Assembly (NCBI GenBank): GCA_043754535.1
Contig: JAYUUN010000113.1
Span: forward strand, 1-64,000
Origin: Chloroflexota bacterium
GTDB taxonomy: Bacteria; Chloroflexota; Chloroflexia; QHBQ01
Length of the DNA: 64,000 nucleotides
Direction: 5' to 3'
The notes under the pieces were generated by a model that saw only the letters and a program-made list of their open reading frames with translations, had not been told where the DNA came from and made no database searches. The number at the start of each line of letters is the position of its first letter. Within the stretch, counting starts at the first letter, position 1. Of this stretch, positions 8,367 to 17,658 are shown piece by piece. A program made the position numbers and the translations under genes.

Positions 8367-9331
8367 GCCGAACCAACCTGGCTCTGCTGCAAAAGGTGGT
8401 AGGCTGGCTGTTCATCGCCGCCTTCCTCTACTTCTTCGCCAGCACCCTGGCTAGCGAGTGGCCGAAGCTCAGCCAGCACGCCTGGCAACCAGACTGGGGC
8501 TACCTGCTCCTGTTCGTGCTGATCCTCTTTGCCCGCCCTCCCCTCTCGGCCTTCGGGTGGCGGTGGCTGGTGCTACGCCTCGGCGGGCCGCCGCTCAACT
8601 TCCGCCAGACCATCCACGTCTACTTCGCCGCTAGCCTGGGCCGCTACCTGCCGGGCAGCGTCTGGTACGCCGTGGGGCGGGTGGTGCTGGGCGAGAGGAT
8701 GGGCATCAGCCGGGGGCTGGGTTCGCTCTCCCTCGTCCTGGAGACAGCCCTGATCACCTTCACCGGGCTGCTGGTTGCCCCCTTCGCCCTGGCCGCCACG
8801 CCGCTGCTGGCAGGTGCGAACCCGCTGCTAGTCGCCGCCGCCTATGCCGCCTTCGTCGCCCTGGCAGTCGCCCTGATGTGGCGCAACGATCTATTCTTTA
8901 GCCTGCTGAACTGGGGCTTGCGGCGGCTGAAGCGGCAGCCAGTAGAGGGGCGGCTCGGCTTCAGCGACCTCTTGCTGCTCAACCTGCCCTTCCTACTCGG
9001 CTGGCTGCTCTACGCCGTTCTCTCCTACTGCCTGGTCGCCTTCGTCTACCCAGTCAGCCTCAGCCTCGCCTTGCCGCTAGGAGCCAGCTTCATCGCGGCC
9101 TGGGCGGTCGGCTTCCTTACCTTCGTCGCCCCCAACGGCTTCGGGGTGCGCGAAGGGGTAGCAGTCTACCTGCTCAGCTTCTACCTGCCCGCCTGGGTGC
9201 CACTGATCGTCGCCGTCCTCTCTCGGCTTGGTTCGCTGGTCGCCGACGTACCCTGGGCGATCCTGGCAGGCTGGTATGGGCGCGGGTTGGCGCAAGGCAG
9301 CAAGCAAGGCAAAGTATCGGGTAGTTTATAG
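8363..9331 (+). CDS. Lysylphosphatidylglycerol-synthase-TM / flippase-like (UPF0104) membrane protein
   Basis: LGRYLPG and APNGFGVRE motifs; ATGA overlap with the upstream gene. Confidence 0.85.
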   Translation: MSRTNLALLQKVVGWLFIAAFLYFFASTLASEWPKLSQHAWQPDWGYLLLFVLILFARPPLSAFGWRWLVLRLGGPPLNFRQTIHVYFAASLGRYLPGSVWYAVGRVVLGERMGISRGLGSLSLVLETALITFTGLLVAPFALAATPLLAGANPLLVAAAYAAFVALAVALMWRNDLFFSLLNWGLRRLKRQPVEGRLGFSDLLLLNLPFLLGWLLYAVLSYCLVAFVYPVSLSLALPLGASFIAAWAVGFLTFVAPNGFGVREGVAVYLLSFYLPAWVPLIVAVLSRLGSLVADVPWAILAGWYGRGLAQGSKQGKVSGSL

Positions 9332-9527
9332 TGCAGCGAACAATGGTGTAGAATGAGAATGATCGCTGACGAGCCTGTAGCCCCCCTTGTACCAGCCCGC
9401 TTCACTGCCCAAAAGTACCATGCGAAAACACAAGAAAGTCCCTTGCGAATACGAAACCTTTGCGGTTATTATACGTTGTGTTGGTAAGACGTAATTGCAA
9501 CCTGTTGTTAGAGTTTGGAGGTGGATC

Positions 9528-12020
9528 GTGAAGAAAAGATTTGCAGCCCACAGCTTGTTGGCCCTGCTGTTGGTGGCGGTGGCCCTATTTAGCAGCCAGC
9601 AGAGTGGCATGGCCGCCCTCCGCCCGCGTCCTGGCGAGATGCAACCCCCGCTGGCTCCTGCTGGCCCGCTGGCCGACAGCTTTGCGGCGGCGGCTAAGGA
9701 GTTCGACCTGCCGCAGGCCATCCTGCTGGCGATTGGCTACGACGAGAGCAGGTGGGAGCAGCAGGTGCCTGACCGCCACAACGACGGCAGCGACCATAGC
9801 GACGGCGGCTGGGGAGTAATGCACCTGGTGGAGAACCCTGGTAATGACAGCCTGGCCCGCGCCGCTGCCCTGCTCAAGCTCGACCCGCTGTTGCTCAAGG
9901 AGCGCGCCGAGCAGAACATTCGGGGGGCCGCCGCCCTGCTGCGCTCCTTCGCCAGCCGAGCGGTGACGGCTAGCAGCCCGCTGGAAGCCTGGCAGCCTGC
10001 CATTGGAGCCTATAGCGCAGCCATCCATCCAGGGGTTGATGATATGTATCTGGCGGAGATTTACAAGCTGCTGGCCCAGGGTGCTGGGCGCACCACTAGC
10101 AGCGGCGAGCGGCTGACTCTGGCCGCCACTGCGGTGGACTTGAGCAAGCTAGCCCCAGCAGTGCAGGCAGAGATGCAGCGCAAGTCTGGGCTGCCCGCCT
10201 CCACCGACTACCCGCCCGCGCACTGGAACCCTGCCTACAGTGGCAACTACCAGGTCGCCAATCGGCCCAGCGACCAGCAGATTGACCGCATCATCATCCA
10301 CGACACCGAGGGCAGCTATGCCGCCTCAATCTCCTGGTTCCAGAACCCCAACTCGCACGTTAGCGCACACTATATGTTCCGCAGCAGCGACGGTGACCTC
10401 ACCCAGTTGGTGCAAAACAAGGATATCGGCTACCACGCGGGCAACTGGCCCTACAACCAGCACGCGATTGGCATCGAACACGAGGGCTATGCCAACGACC
10501 CCACCGCCTGGTACACCCAGGTGATGTACCAGAACTCAGCCACCCTCACCCGCTACCTGGCCGACTACTATGGCATCATGAAGGATCGTCGCGCTATTAT
10601 CAGCCACAAGAACGTGCCGAACCAACCTGCCCCCGGCCACTGGGATCCGGGTCCAGGCTGGGACTTCGCTAGCTACCTGGCCCTGGTGCGGGGCGACAGC
10701 AACATGGACACTAACATTGACAACCTCGACTCCACCTTCCATCCAGTGCCAACCACGGTCAACGCCGCCAACCACTGGTACACCGCCACCGGCTCTACCT
10801 ATGGCAGCAACGCGCTCTACAGCTACTCGGCGGCCAGCACGGTAAGCAGCACCAACTATGCCGTCTGGCGGCCCTACCTGCAAGCGGGCAGCTACGATCT
10901 CTACGTCCACATCCCTTACGCCAATACGGGGATGCCTGACACCAACCACGCCGTCTATACTGTTGGCAGCGTGGCGGGGGCAACGATGGTAGTGGTAGAC
11001 CAGGGCCGCCTGACCGACGGCCTGGCGAACATGAACGAGATGGATAGCCTGCACGGACAGTGGGCGCAGCTAGGCCGCTTTACCTTTGAGACCGGCACGA
11101 CAGGCTACGTCAAGCTGACCGACCAGACTGGCGAGGACGGGCGCACTGTGTGGTTCGATGCGGCCAAGTTCATCCCCATTGAGGGCGGTGGCCCGCCGAT
11201 CACCGCTACCCCCTGGGCGACTGGCACGCCCGCTCTCCCCAGCAGCACGCCAACCAACACCCGCCTGCCAGCCACTGCTACCCAGCAGCCAGCCACTGCT
11301 ACCCAGCAGCCGCCGACCGCTAGCCCGCCACCAACCACTAGCCCCCCATTGACGGCTAGCCCAGTCTCAACCTTCACCCCCGGCCTCTGCGGTATCAACT
11401 TCGCCGACCTGCCCAACAACCACTGGGCCTACGGCTACATCAGCAATCTCTACTGTGCGGGGATCATGAGCGGCTACGATGATGGCCTGTTCCACCCCGG
11501 CTACAATATGAACCGGGCGCAGTTCGCCAAGATGCTCACCCTCAGCCTCGGTTGGTCGCTGACCCAGCCGCTCACCGCCACCTTCAGCGACGTGCCACTC
11601 AGCCATTGGGCCAGCCGCTACATCGAGACGGCGGCCAGCTACAGCGCAATGAGTGGCTACAACGACGGCGGCTTCCACCCTGGCCTCAACATGACGCGGG
11701 CGCAGGTGGCGGCCAGCATCGTCAGGGCGCGGGGCTTCAGCAGTCTCGCCCCCAGCAACCCAACCTTCAGCGACGTGGCGCGTTCCTACTGGGCATGGCG
11801 GTGGATCGAGGTTGCCAACAGCGTCGGCATCGTCAGCGGCTACAGCGACGGCAGCTTCAAGCCCGACAGCTTCAGCGACCGCGCGCAGATGGCGAAGATC
11901 ATCCGCCGCAGCATCACAGCCCCCACCCCCGCTGCGACACTCACCCCGGCTGCCGGCCCCACTGCGACGCTCACCCCGACTGCCAGCCCCACCACAGTCG
12001 GCGCAGCAGACAAGAAGTAG
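9528..12020 (+). CDS. Secreted N-acetylmuramoyl-L-alanine amidase (Amidase_2) with N-terminal lysozyme/SLT-like domain, beta-sandwich domain, Pro/Thr linker and three SLH repeats
   Basis: GTG start after GGAGG; signal peptide; YDESRW...GVMHL; IIIHDT, SAHY, YHAG, IGIEHEG, HWDPG; FSDV..HWA...GY.DG.F.P...RAQ repeats. Confidence 0.9.
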   Translation: MKKRFAAHSLLALLLVAVALFSSQQSGMAALRPRPGEMQPPLAPAGPLADSFAAAAKEFDLPQAILLAIGYDESRWEQQVPDRHNDGSDHSDGGWGVMHLVENPGNDSLARAAALLKLDPLLLKERAEQNIRGAAALLRSFASRAVTASSPLEAWQPAIGAYSAAIHPGVDDMYLAEIYKLLAQGAGRTTSSGERLTLAATAVDLSKLAPAVQAEMQRKSGLPASTDYPPAHWNPAYSGNYQVANRPSDQQIDRIIIHDTEGSYAASISWFQNPNSHVSAHYMFRSSDGDLTQLVQNKDIGYHAGNWPYNQHAIGIEHEGYANDPTAWYTQVMYQNSATLTRYLADYYGIMKDRRAIISHKNVPNQPAPGHWDPGPGWDFASYLALVRGDSNMDTNIDNLDSTFHPVPTTVNAANHWYTATGSTYGSNALYSYSAASTVSSTNYAVWRPYLQAGSYDLYVHIPYANTGMPDTNHAVYTVGSVAGATMVVVDQGRLTDGLANMNEMDSLHGQWAQLGRFTFETGTTGYVKLTDQTGEDGRTVWFDAAKFIPIEGGGPPITATPWATGTPALPSSTPTNTRLPATATQQPATATQQPPTASPPPTTSPPLTASPVSTFTPGLCGINFADLPNNHWAYGYISNLYCAGIMSGYDDGLFHPGYNMNRAQFAKMLTLSLGWSLTQPLTATFSDVPLSHWASRYIETAASYSAMSGYNDGGFHPGLNMTRAQVAASIVRARGFSSLAPSNPTFSDVARSYWAWRWIEVANSVGIVSGYSDGSFKPDSFSDRAQMAKIIRRSITAPTPAATLTPAAGPTATLTPTASPTTVGAADKK

Positions 12021-12039
12021 AACCTTCAGCGGCCCAAGC

Positions 12040-12109
12040 GGGGAGCGGTCACGGGTGCGAGGGGGGGTGTGCCTACCACACGCCTGTGCCTCCCCCGCGA
12101 CCGCTCTCT
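12040..12109. terminator. Long imperfect inverted repeat between convergent genes
   Basis: GAGCGGTCACGGG ... CCCGCGACCGCTC arms with an inner GTGTG/CACAC stem. Confidence 0.5.
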
Positions 12110-12116
12110 ACTCCTG

Positions 12117-12968
12117 CTACAAGGCTTCTAGCACCATCCCACAGCCCCGTGCCGCCGCGTCGTCGAGGAGGTCCCGCAGGGCTTCCAGGTAGGCCTGTGC
12201 CTCGTCGCCAAAGCTAATCGCGGCCAGCCCCGCACGCAGGGCGACTACGTCGGCGGCGGTCAGGTAGCCGAGGTAGCCGGTTTTGTCACCGGTGTAGCTA
12301 AGTTCGATGTCGCTAGATAGCACGCTACCCAGCTTGGTCAGCCGTTCGAGGGTCGCCACCAACGGCCCCATGTTGGCGATCAGCAGCATCCCCGCTCCCA
12401 CCCGCAACCCTCCCTGCGCCAGGGCCAGGTTGAGGGCGTAGCGGCGCATAGCTGAGGCTACCACGTCTACAAAGGTCTCGTGCTGCTCGTCGGGTGGGGT
12501 AGAGTAGACGAGATCGCGGGCGGTTGGGCTGCCCAACTCCACTGGCTGATGCTGCTCGTCGTAGAGGCGGCACAGTTCGATCACGTCGTTGTGGATCAGA
12601 TTGCCCTCACCGCAAGGTACATCGATCAGGGTGCAATGTCCAACGCTGCCTAGCTGTTCGATAGCTGCCGTCCACTCGTCCACCCCCATGCTAGCTGGGA
12701 TCGGCAAGCGTGGTTGGCCCAGCGATTTGGTGTTGTACTCGCAGATGCCGCTGCTATAGTGCTTGAGCGGGCGCACGCAGCCTTTGGCGAACCAGCGGCG
12801 GGCAAAACCAACGAGGCTCCGCAGGCTGGGGTGCGCTCCCTCCAGACGGGGGAAGGCGGCGAAGTCGTTCTCGTAGAAGGCGCGGCTGACGGCGGGGGCG
12901 ATCACTTGCTCGTAAGTGTCGCCATCGAAGGCCAGCACGTAGTAGCGCAGAGGCTGGTAGCTGCTCAT
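12117..12968 (-). CDS. Hypothetical protein (C-terminus YfbM/DUF1877-like; Cys-rich insert)
   Basis: 283-aa ORF with ATGA overlap to the upstream nuclease; GYLTAADV...LRDLLDDAAARGCGMV pattern. Confidence 0.6.
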   Translation of the reverse strand: MSSYQPLRYYVLAFDGDTYEQVIAPAVSRAFYENDFAAFPRLEGAHPSLRSLVGFARRWFAKGCVRPLKHYSSGICEYNTKSLGQPRLPIPASMGVDEWTAAIEQLGSVGHCTLIDVPCGEGNLIHNDVIELCRLYDEQHQPVELGSPTARDLVYSTPPDEQHETFVDVVASAMRRYALNLALAQGGLRVGAGMLLIANMGPLVATLERLTKLGSVLSSDIELSYTGDKTGYLGYLTAADVVALRAGLAAISFGDEAQAYLEALRDLLDDAAARGCGMVLEAL

Positions 12969-15007
12969 CGGCCAACCCCCTGCACGCGCCGAGCCGCCTC
13001 GCGCAACCAGTCCTGCACGGCTTCGCGCTCCTCGCTGGCGGGGATAATCGCCGCAGTGGGGTTGGCATAGAGCCAGCGCAATACGAGGCTGCTAGCAGCG
13101 TCAAGCGGGGTCGCCTTCATCCTGCCGTGCGTCACCCCCGCCAGGTAGCTGCTCTGCACCGACTCCAGCACTTGCGCTGGCTCCACCGCCTCGTGCCAAA
13201 GTTCGGCCAGCCGTGCCGTCAGCACGTCCTCGCGCCCGCCCGCAGGCAGCGGCCCGCGCCAGGCCAGCCGCCCTTCACGCACGATCAACACCTCAGCCAC
13301 CGCTGCATCCAACGCGGGCAGCACTACTATGGCCGACTTTAGGGCCTGGAGTTTGGAGGCGGGGGCGGGCGACAGCAACGCCGTCCCCTGCTCGTCGCTG
13401 GCAGGCAGCCCGCTAGCCGCCCTCTGGCCCAGGCTTTCGGCTCTGCTGACCGCCTCCTTGAGCAGGGCGCGGCTGGTGCGCTCCTCGTCGTAGTCGAGGG
13501 CGGCGGTGGCGGCTTGCAGACGGTGGCGCAGGCGAGTCAGGGTGGGGTCAGCCTCCCCGCGCAGGTAGGCGACCGCCGCTGCCAGTTGCGCCTCATGGTC
13601 GGGAGCGGGCGGCTGCTTCGGGTGCAGGCTTGGGTAGACAGCACGCAGCAGGCGCAGCAGATCGTCAACCTCAGCCCGGTTGGCGAAGGGGCCAAAGCTC
13701 TCCGCCCCCGCCTTACTGCTTGCCTGGATGCGCCGCACCCCCGCTGACTTGACCGCTTGCACGTTCAGGTAGGGGCGGGGCGGTCGCTCCTGCTTCTGGG
13801 TGTTGTAGGGCGGATCGAGAGCGCGGATCAACTCAGCTTCGCGCAAGCTGGCAGCTAGTCCACTGCCCACCTCATGCACCTCCACCACCCGCACCCGCAG
13901 GTTGAGACCGGCCAGGCCGCGCAGGATCGTTTCGTCGCGGCCAAAGTAGCCGCTGACCCGCCGTTGCAGATTGATCGCCTTGCCAACATAGAGCGGCGCG
14001 CCCTCCTCGTCGCGGAAGACGTAAGCCCCGGCTAGCGTTGGCAACTGCTGCTCCCAGCCTGCCTCACCGACCGTATGGCGGCTCTCGCGCACCAGCGGAT
14101 CAGACGGCCAGGCCCAGGCATCGGGGTTGAAGCGCGAACCAGCCCCCTTGTCCTTGCGCTTGCCCCAGTATGCGTAGCCGAGCGGCTTCGCCAACTCTAG
14201 CAAGCCGTCGAGCGTCTTGACCCCCCGCTCGCGGGCCAGCCCCAGCAGCTTCTGCATCGCATTGTGGGTCAGGCGCGCATCGGCTTCGGCCCGGTGGCGG
14301 ATACCAACCGGCAGGCCCAGGCGGGCGGCCAGGTTGTCGAGGTTAGGTTTGCCCAACTCTGGCAGCAGGCGCACGGCCAGGCTGAGGGTATCGAGGCGGC
14401 GGCTAGCTAGGGCAGGGCGGGCAGACTGCCGCAACTCGCTGTTGATGAAGCCGAGATCGAAGCTGATATTGTGGCCGACCAGGATCGCGTTACCCAGGTA
14501 GGCCAGTAGTTGGTCGGCCTGCGGCGCGAAGTCGGGCGCGTCCTCTACCTCGCTCTGGCTAATGCCTGTGAAGTTGATGATGAAGGCGGGCAGCCGCTTG
14601 TGGGGGTTGAACAGGCTACTGTAGACCTCGGCGGGGAAGGGGCGGCTGGGGTCGTAGCGCAAGGCGGCAAGCTCGATCATGCGGTCGCGGTCGGGGCGCA
14701 GGCCAGTAGTCTCCGTATCCAACACTATGTAGCTAAGGGAGGCCAGTTCGTCGGCCACCAACTCGCCCCGCTCCTGCCACTCGGTCAACGCCCACATCCT
14801 GTTGCCCAGTGCGCTGAAGCGGTCGCCATCCAACACGCCAGGCAGCAATCCCCGCCATACCTCTACGTTCATCCGAGCCGAGTTCTGGCCGGGCAGTGCG
14901 CTAAAGAGGTAGCGGATCAGGCTGTCCTCATCCACTGGCGTAGCGCGTTCGCGCAGGTAGAGGTAAGCCCGCTGGGCTAGAAATGCGTATCCGCCTTCAT
15001 TCGCCAT
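12965..15007 (-). CDS. DEDDh 3'-5' exonuclease (DnaQ-like) fused to UvrC/Cho-type GIY-YIG endonuclease
   Basis: LDTETTG, HNISFD and HRAEAD (DEDDh intact); GAYVF...LYVGKAINLQRRVSGYF, EAELIR, PPYN. Confidence 0.9.
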   Translation of the reverse strand: MANEGGYAFLAQRAYLYLRERATPVDEDSLIRYLFSALPGQNSARMNVEVWRGLLPGVLDGDRFSALGNRMWALTEWQERGELVADELASLSYIVLDTETTGLRPDRDRMIELAALRYDPSRPFPAEVYSSLFNPHKRLPAFIINFTGISQSEVEDAPDFAPQADQLLAYLGNAILVGHNISFDLGFINSELRQSARPALASRRLDTLSLAVRLLPELGKPNLDNLAARLGLPVGIRHRAEADARLTHNAMQKLLGLARERGVKTLDGLLELAKPLGYAYWGKRKDKGAGSRFNPDAWAWPSDPLVRESRHTVGEAGWEQQLPTLAGAYVFRDEEGAPLYVGKAINLQRRVSGYFGRDETILRGLAGLNLRVRVVEVHEVGSGLAASLREAELIRALDPPYNTQKQERPPRPYLNVQAVKSAGVRRIQASSKAGAESFGPFANRAEVDDLLRLLRAVYPSLHPKQPPAPDHEAQLAAAVAYLRGEADPTLTRLRHRLQAATAALDYDEERTSRALLKEAVSRAESLGQRAASGLPASDEQGTALLSPAPASKLQALKSAIVVLPALDAAVAEVLIVREGRLAWRGPLPAGGREDVLTARLAELWHEAVEPAQVLESVQSSYLAGVTHGRMKATPLDAASSLVLRWLYANPTAAIIPASEEREAVQDWLREAARRVQGVGR

Positions 15008-15049
15008 CGCTCACCCCCTATCTCGCCTCATTGTGCGGAGAATGCGCCA

Positions 15050-15078
15050 ATCTTAGCGCAGCCCCCTGCGCTTGTCAA
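15050..15078 (-). promoter_or_regulatory. sigma70 promoter for the exonuclease-GIY-YIG operon
   Basis: TTGACA-17-TAAGAT. Confidence 0.7.
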
Positions 15079-15238
15079 GCTGGCACGAGCCACCAGCGCA
15101 GTCTCCGCTCGCTGGCAGCTATTTGCTTGTTCGCAGCACCCACTTGCCGCCTGGCCTTCAGCAACCGCGTCGCCCGGCGATCAACAGCCCCTGCAAGCGG
15201 TTTGCAGCAGAGTTGCCAGACCTACGACTTTAGACCTA

Positions 15239-15268
15239 TTGACAACGGATGCCTGCTGGTGCTACAAT
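15239..15268 (+). promoter_or_regulatory. sigma70 promoter for Lrp-LysE
   Basis: TTGACA-18-TACAAT with TG extension. Confidence 0.7.
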
Positions 15269-15315
15269 GGCATTGCTTGCGAAATGTTAGCTAGAATTGC
15301 GTAGGAGATAACAAA

Positions 15316-16440
15316 ATGCGTGCTTTGGATGATATTGATTTGCAGATTGTAGTGGCTCTCTCCCATGATGCGCGGTTGGCGGTCACTAACCTCGCCGAGA
15401 TGATCGGCCTGACCCGGCAGGCGGTTGCCGAACGCCTCAGCCGTCTGGAGCGGGAGCAGGTAATCCGCGGCTATACTGTGCTGGTAGATGAAGACGCATT
15501 GGGCTTGAAGACGCGGGCGATTATTGCGATTCGGATGCGCCCTGGTTGTAGCCTGGATGACGATCACTGCATCATCGCCATCGCCCAGGTTTGCCCCTGG
15601 GTGCGCGAGTGCTACCACGTCAGCGGCGACGACTGCTACATGGCCCGCGTGGTCGCCCCCGACCTGGCAGCGATCAACGATCTGATCGTCAGCCTGCGCG
15701 AGACGGGGCTGGTCGAGCAGACGCGCACCAGTCTGGCGATCAGCAACGCCTTCGAGAAAAGCGCAATCGGCCCGCTAAACATCGAGGACATCAGACGCTT
15801 AGTTGGAGGTGTGGTTATGGACAGTGGTCTGCTGCTCAAAGGGATGATCCTCGGCCTCTCCATCGCCGCGCCAGTTGGCCCGATTGGGCTGCTCTGCATC
15901 CGCCGCACTCTGGCGGGGGGGCGCACGGTTGGCTTCGTCAGTGGGCTGGGGGCAGCCACCGCCGACGCACTCTATGGCAGCATCGCCGCCTTCGGCCTGC
16001 TAGCGATCAGCGAACTGCTGATCAGCCTGCGCTTCTGGCTAGGGCTGATTGGCGGCCTGTTCCTCTGCTATCTTGGCATCAGCACTGCATGGAGCAAGCC
16101 CCCAGCGCAGGCGGCACGGGCGGACGAACGAGGCGGGCTGGTGGCAGCATACTTCTCCAGCCTGGCCCTCACGCTAGCCAACCCTACCACGATCCTCTCC
16201 TTCGTCGCCATCTTCGGCGGGCTAGGGATAGTCGAGCGCGGCCCCTACTACACGGCAGCGAGCCTGCTGGTGTTGGGCGTGTTCCTCGGCTCGGCGGCCT
16301 GGTGGCGGCTGCTGAGCAGCGCAGTCAACCTGGCACGGGGGCGGATTACCCCACCACTAATGCGGGCGATCAACGTCGGGTCGGGGGCGATCATCGTCAT
16401 ATTTGGCCTGGTTAGCCTCTGGCAAAGCAGCGGACACTGA
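15316..16440 (+). CDS. Lrp/AsnC transcriptional regulator fused in frame to a LysE/RhtB-family exporter
   Basis: LDDIDLQIV..L..DAR HTH and ECYHVSGDDCY in the N-terminal half; from Met at 15817, GLSIAAPVGPIGLLCIRRTL and LTLANP (LysE). Confidence 0.88.
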   Translation: MRALDDIDLQIVVALSHDARLAVTNLAEMIGLTRQAVAERLSRLEREQVIRGYTVLVDEDALGLKTRAIIAIRMRPGCSLDDDHCIIAIAQVCPWVRECYHVSGDDCYMARVVAPDLAAINDLIVSLRETGLVEQTRTSLAISNAFEKSAIGPLNIEDIRRLVGGVVMDSGLLLKGMILGLSIAAPVGPIGLLCIRRTLAGGRTVGFVSGLGAATADALYGSIAAFGLLAISELLISLRFWLGLIGGLFLCYLGISTAWSKPPAQAARADERGGLVAAYFSSLALTLANPTTILSFVAIFGGLGIVERGPYYTAASLLVLGVFLGSAAWWRLLSSAVNLARGRITPPLMRAINVGSGAIIVIFGLVSLWQSSGH

Positions 16441-16511
16441 GCGCAAGAAACGGATAGCGGCATTGGCGGGTTTAGCCGTATGATGAGGACAATAACTAAG
16501 GAGGTGCAACA

Positions 16512-17639
16512 ATGTCTACCATGCTTATCGAAACCCAGCAGCCCACCAGCGTCAGCGACGACGAACGCTGGCAGGCTGTGCTGAACCGGGACGAGCGGTT
16601 CGACGGCCAGTTTGTGACCTGCGTCCACACCACCGGCATCTACTGCCGCCCGACCTGCCCTACCCACCCACCGAAGCGGCAAAACGTCAGCTTCTGCGCA
16701 ACGGCAGCCCAGGCCGAAGCAGCGGGCTTCCGGGCCTGCAAACGCTGCCTGCCACAGCAGCCGCTCGCCCCAGCCAAGCAACTGGCGGCGCAAGTCTGCC
16801 AGTACATCGCCGCCAATATCGAAGGCGATCTCGGCCTTGCGGCTCTGGGCCGGGCGATGGCAGTCAGCCCCACCCACCTGCAACGGGTGTTCAAGCGGGT
16901 AATGGCGGTCAGCCCCCGCCAGTACGTGGCGGCCCTGCGCCAGCAAGCCTTCAAGGAGGAACTGCGCGGGGGCGAGAGCGTGACCACCGCCACCTATGCT
17001 GCTGGCTACGGCTCTAGCAGCCGCCCCTATAGCGATGACTTTGGCATGACCCCAGCGACCTACAAGCGCGGGGGGGCTGGGCTGAAGGTCAGCTATGCGG
17101 TTGTGGACTGCTCCCTCGGCAGCCTGTTGGTGGCCGCAACCGAGCGTGGGGTCTGCGCTGTGAGGCTGGGCGACGACCCCATAGCCCTGGCCGCCGGGCT
17201 GCGCCGCGAGTTCCCCGCCGCCGACTTGCAGCGCGAAGTGGGCGGGATGCAACGCTGGGTCGGCCCGGTGCTGGCCTACCTCGAAGGGGAGCAGGGCTGC
17301 ATCGATCTACCGCTCGACGTGCAGGCGACCGCCTTCCAGCAGCGCGTCTGGCAAGCCTTGAAGGCGATCCCCTACGGCAGCACTCGCAGCTACAGCGAAG
17401 TAGCCGCCAGCATCGGGCAGCCGACGGCAGCGCGCGCAGTCGCCAACGCCTGTGGCAGCAACCCCGTCGCCCTGGTAATCCCCTGCCACCGGGTGGTGCG
17501 CGAGAACGGCAATCTCGGCGGCTACCGCTGGGGGATTGAGCGCAAGGAGCAACTGCTGGCCCAGGAGCGGGCGGTCAGCGCAAGGTTAGCTAGCCCGTGG
17601 GGGGTGCAACGGCGCACCGTTTGGCAAGTCAAAACTTAG
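16512..17639 (+). CDS. ada: Bifunctional Ada transcriptional activator / O6-methylguanine-DNA methyltransferase
   Basis: TTGIYCRPTC and FRACKRC Zn site, AraC HTH, PCHRV active site. Confidence 0.95.
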   Translation: MSTMLIETQQPTSVSDDERWQAVLNRDERFDGQFVTCVHTTGIYCRPTCPTHPPKRQNVSFCATAAQAEAAGFRACKRCLPQQPLAPAKQLAAQVCQYIAANIEGDLGLAALGRAMAVSPTHLQRVFKRVMAVSPRQYVAALRQQAFKEELRGGESVTTATYAAGYGSSSRPYSDDFGMTPATYKRGGAGLKVSYAVVDCSLGSLLVAATERGVCAVRLGDDPIALAAGLRREFPAADLQREVGGMQRWVGPVLAYLEGEQGCIDLPLDVQATAFQQRVWQALKAIPYGSTRSYSEVAASIGQPTAARAVANACGSNPVALVIPCHRVVRENGNLGGYRWGIERKEQLLAQERAVSARLASPWGVQRRTVWQVKT

Positions 17640-17658
17640 ACGGTGCAAGGGGGTTGCG

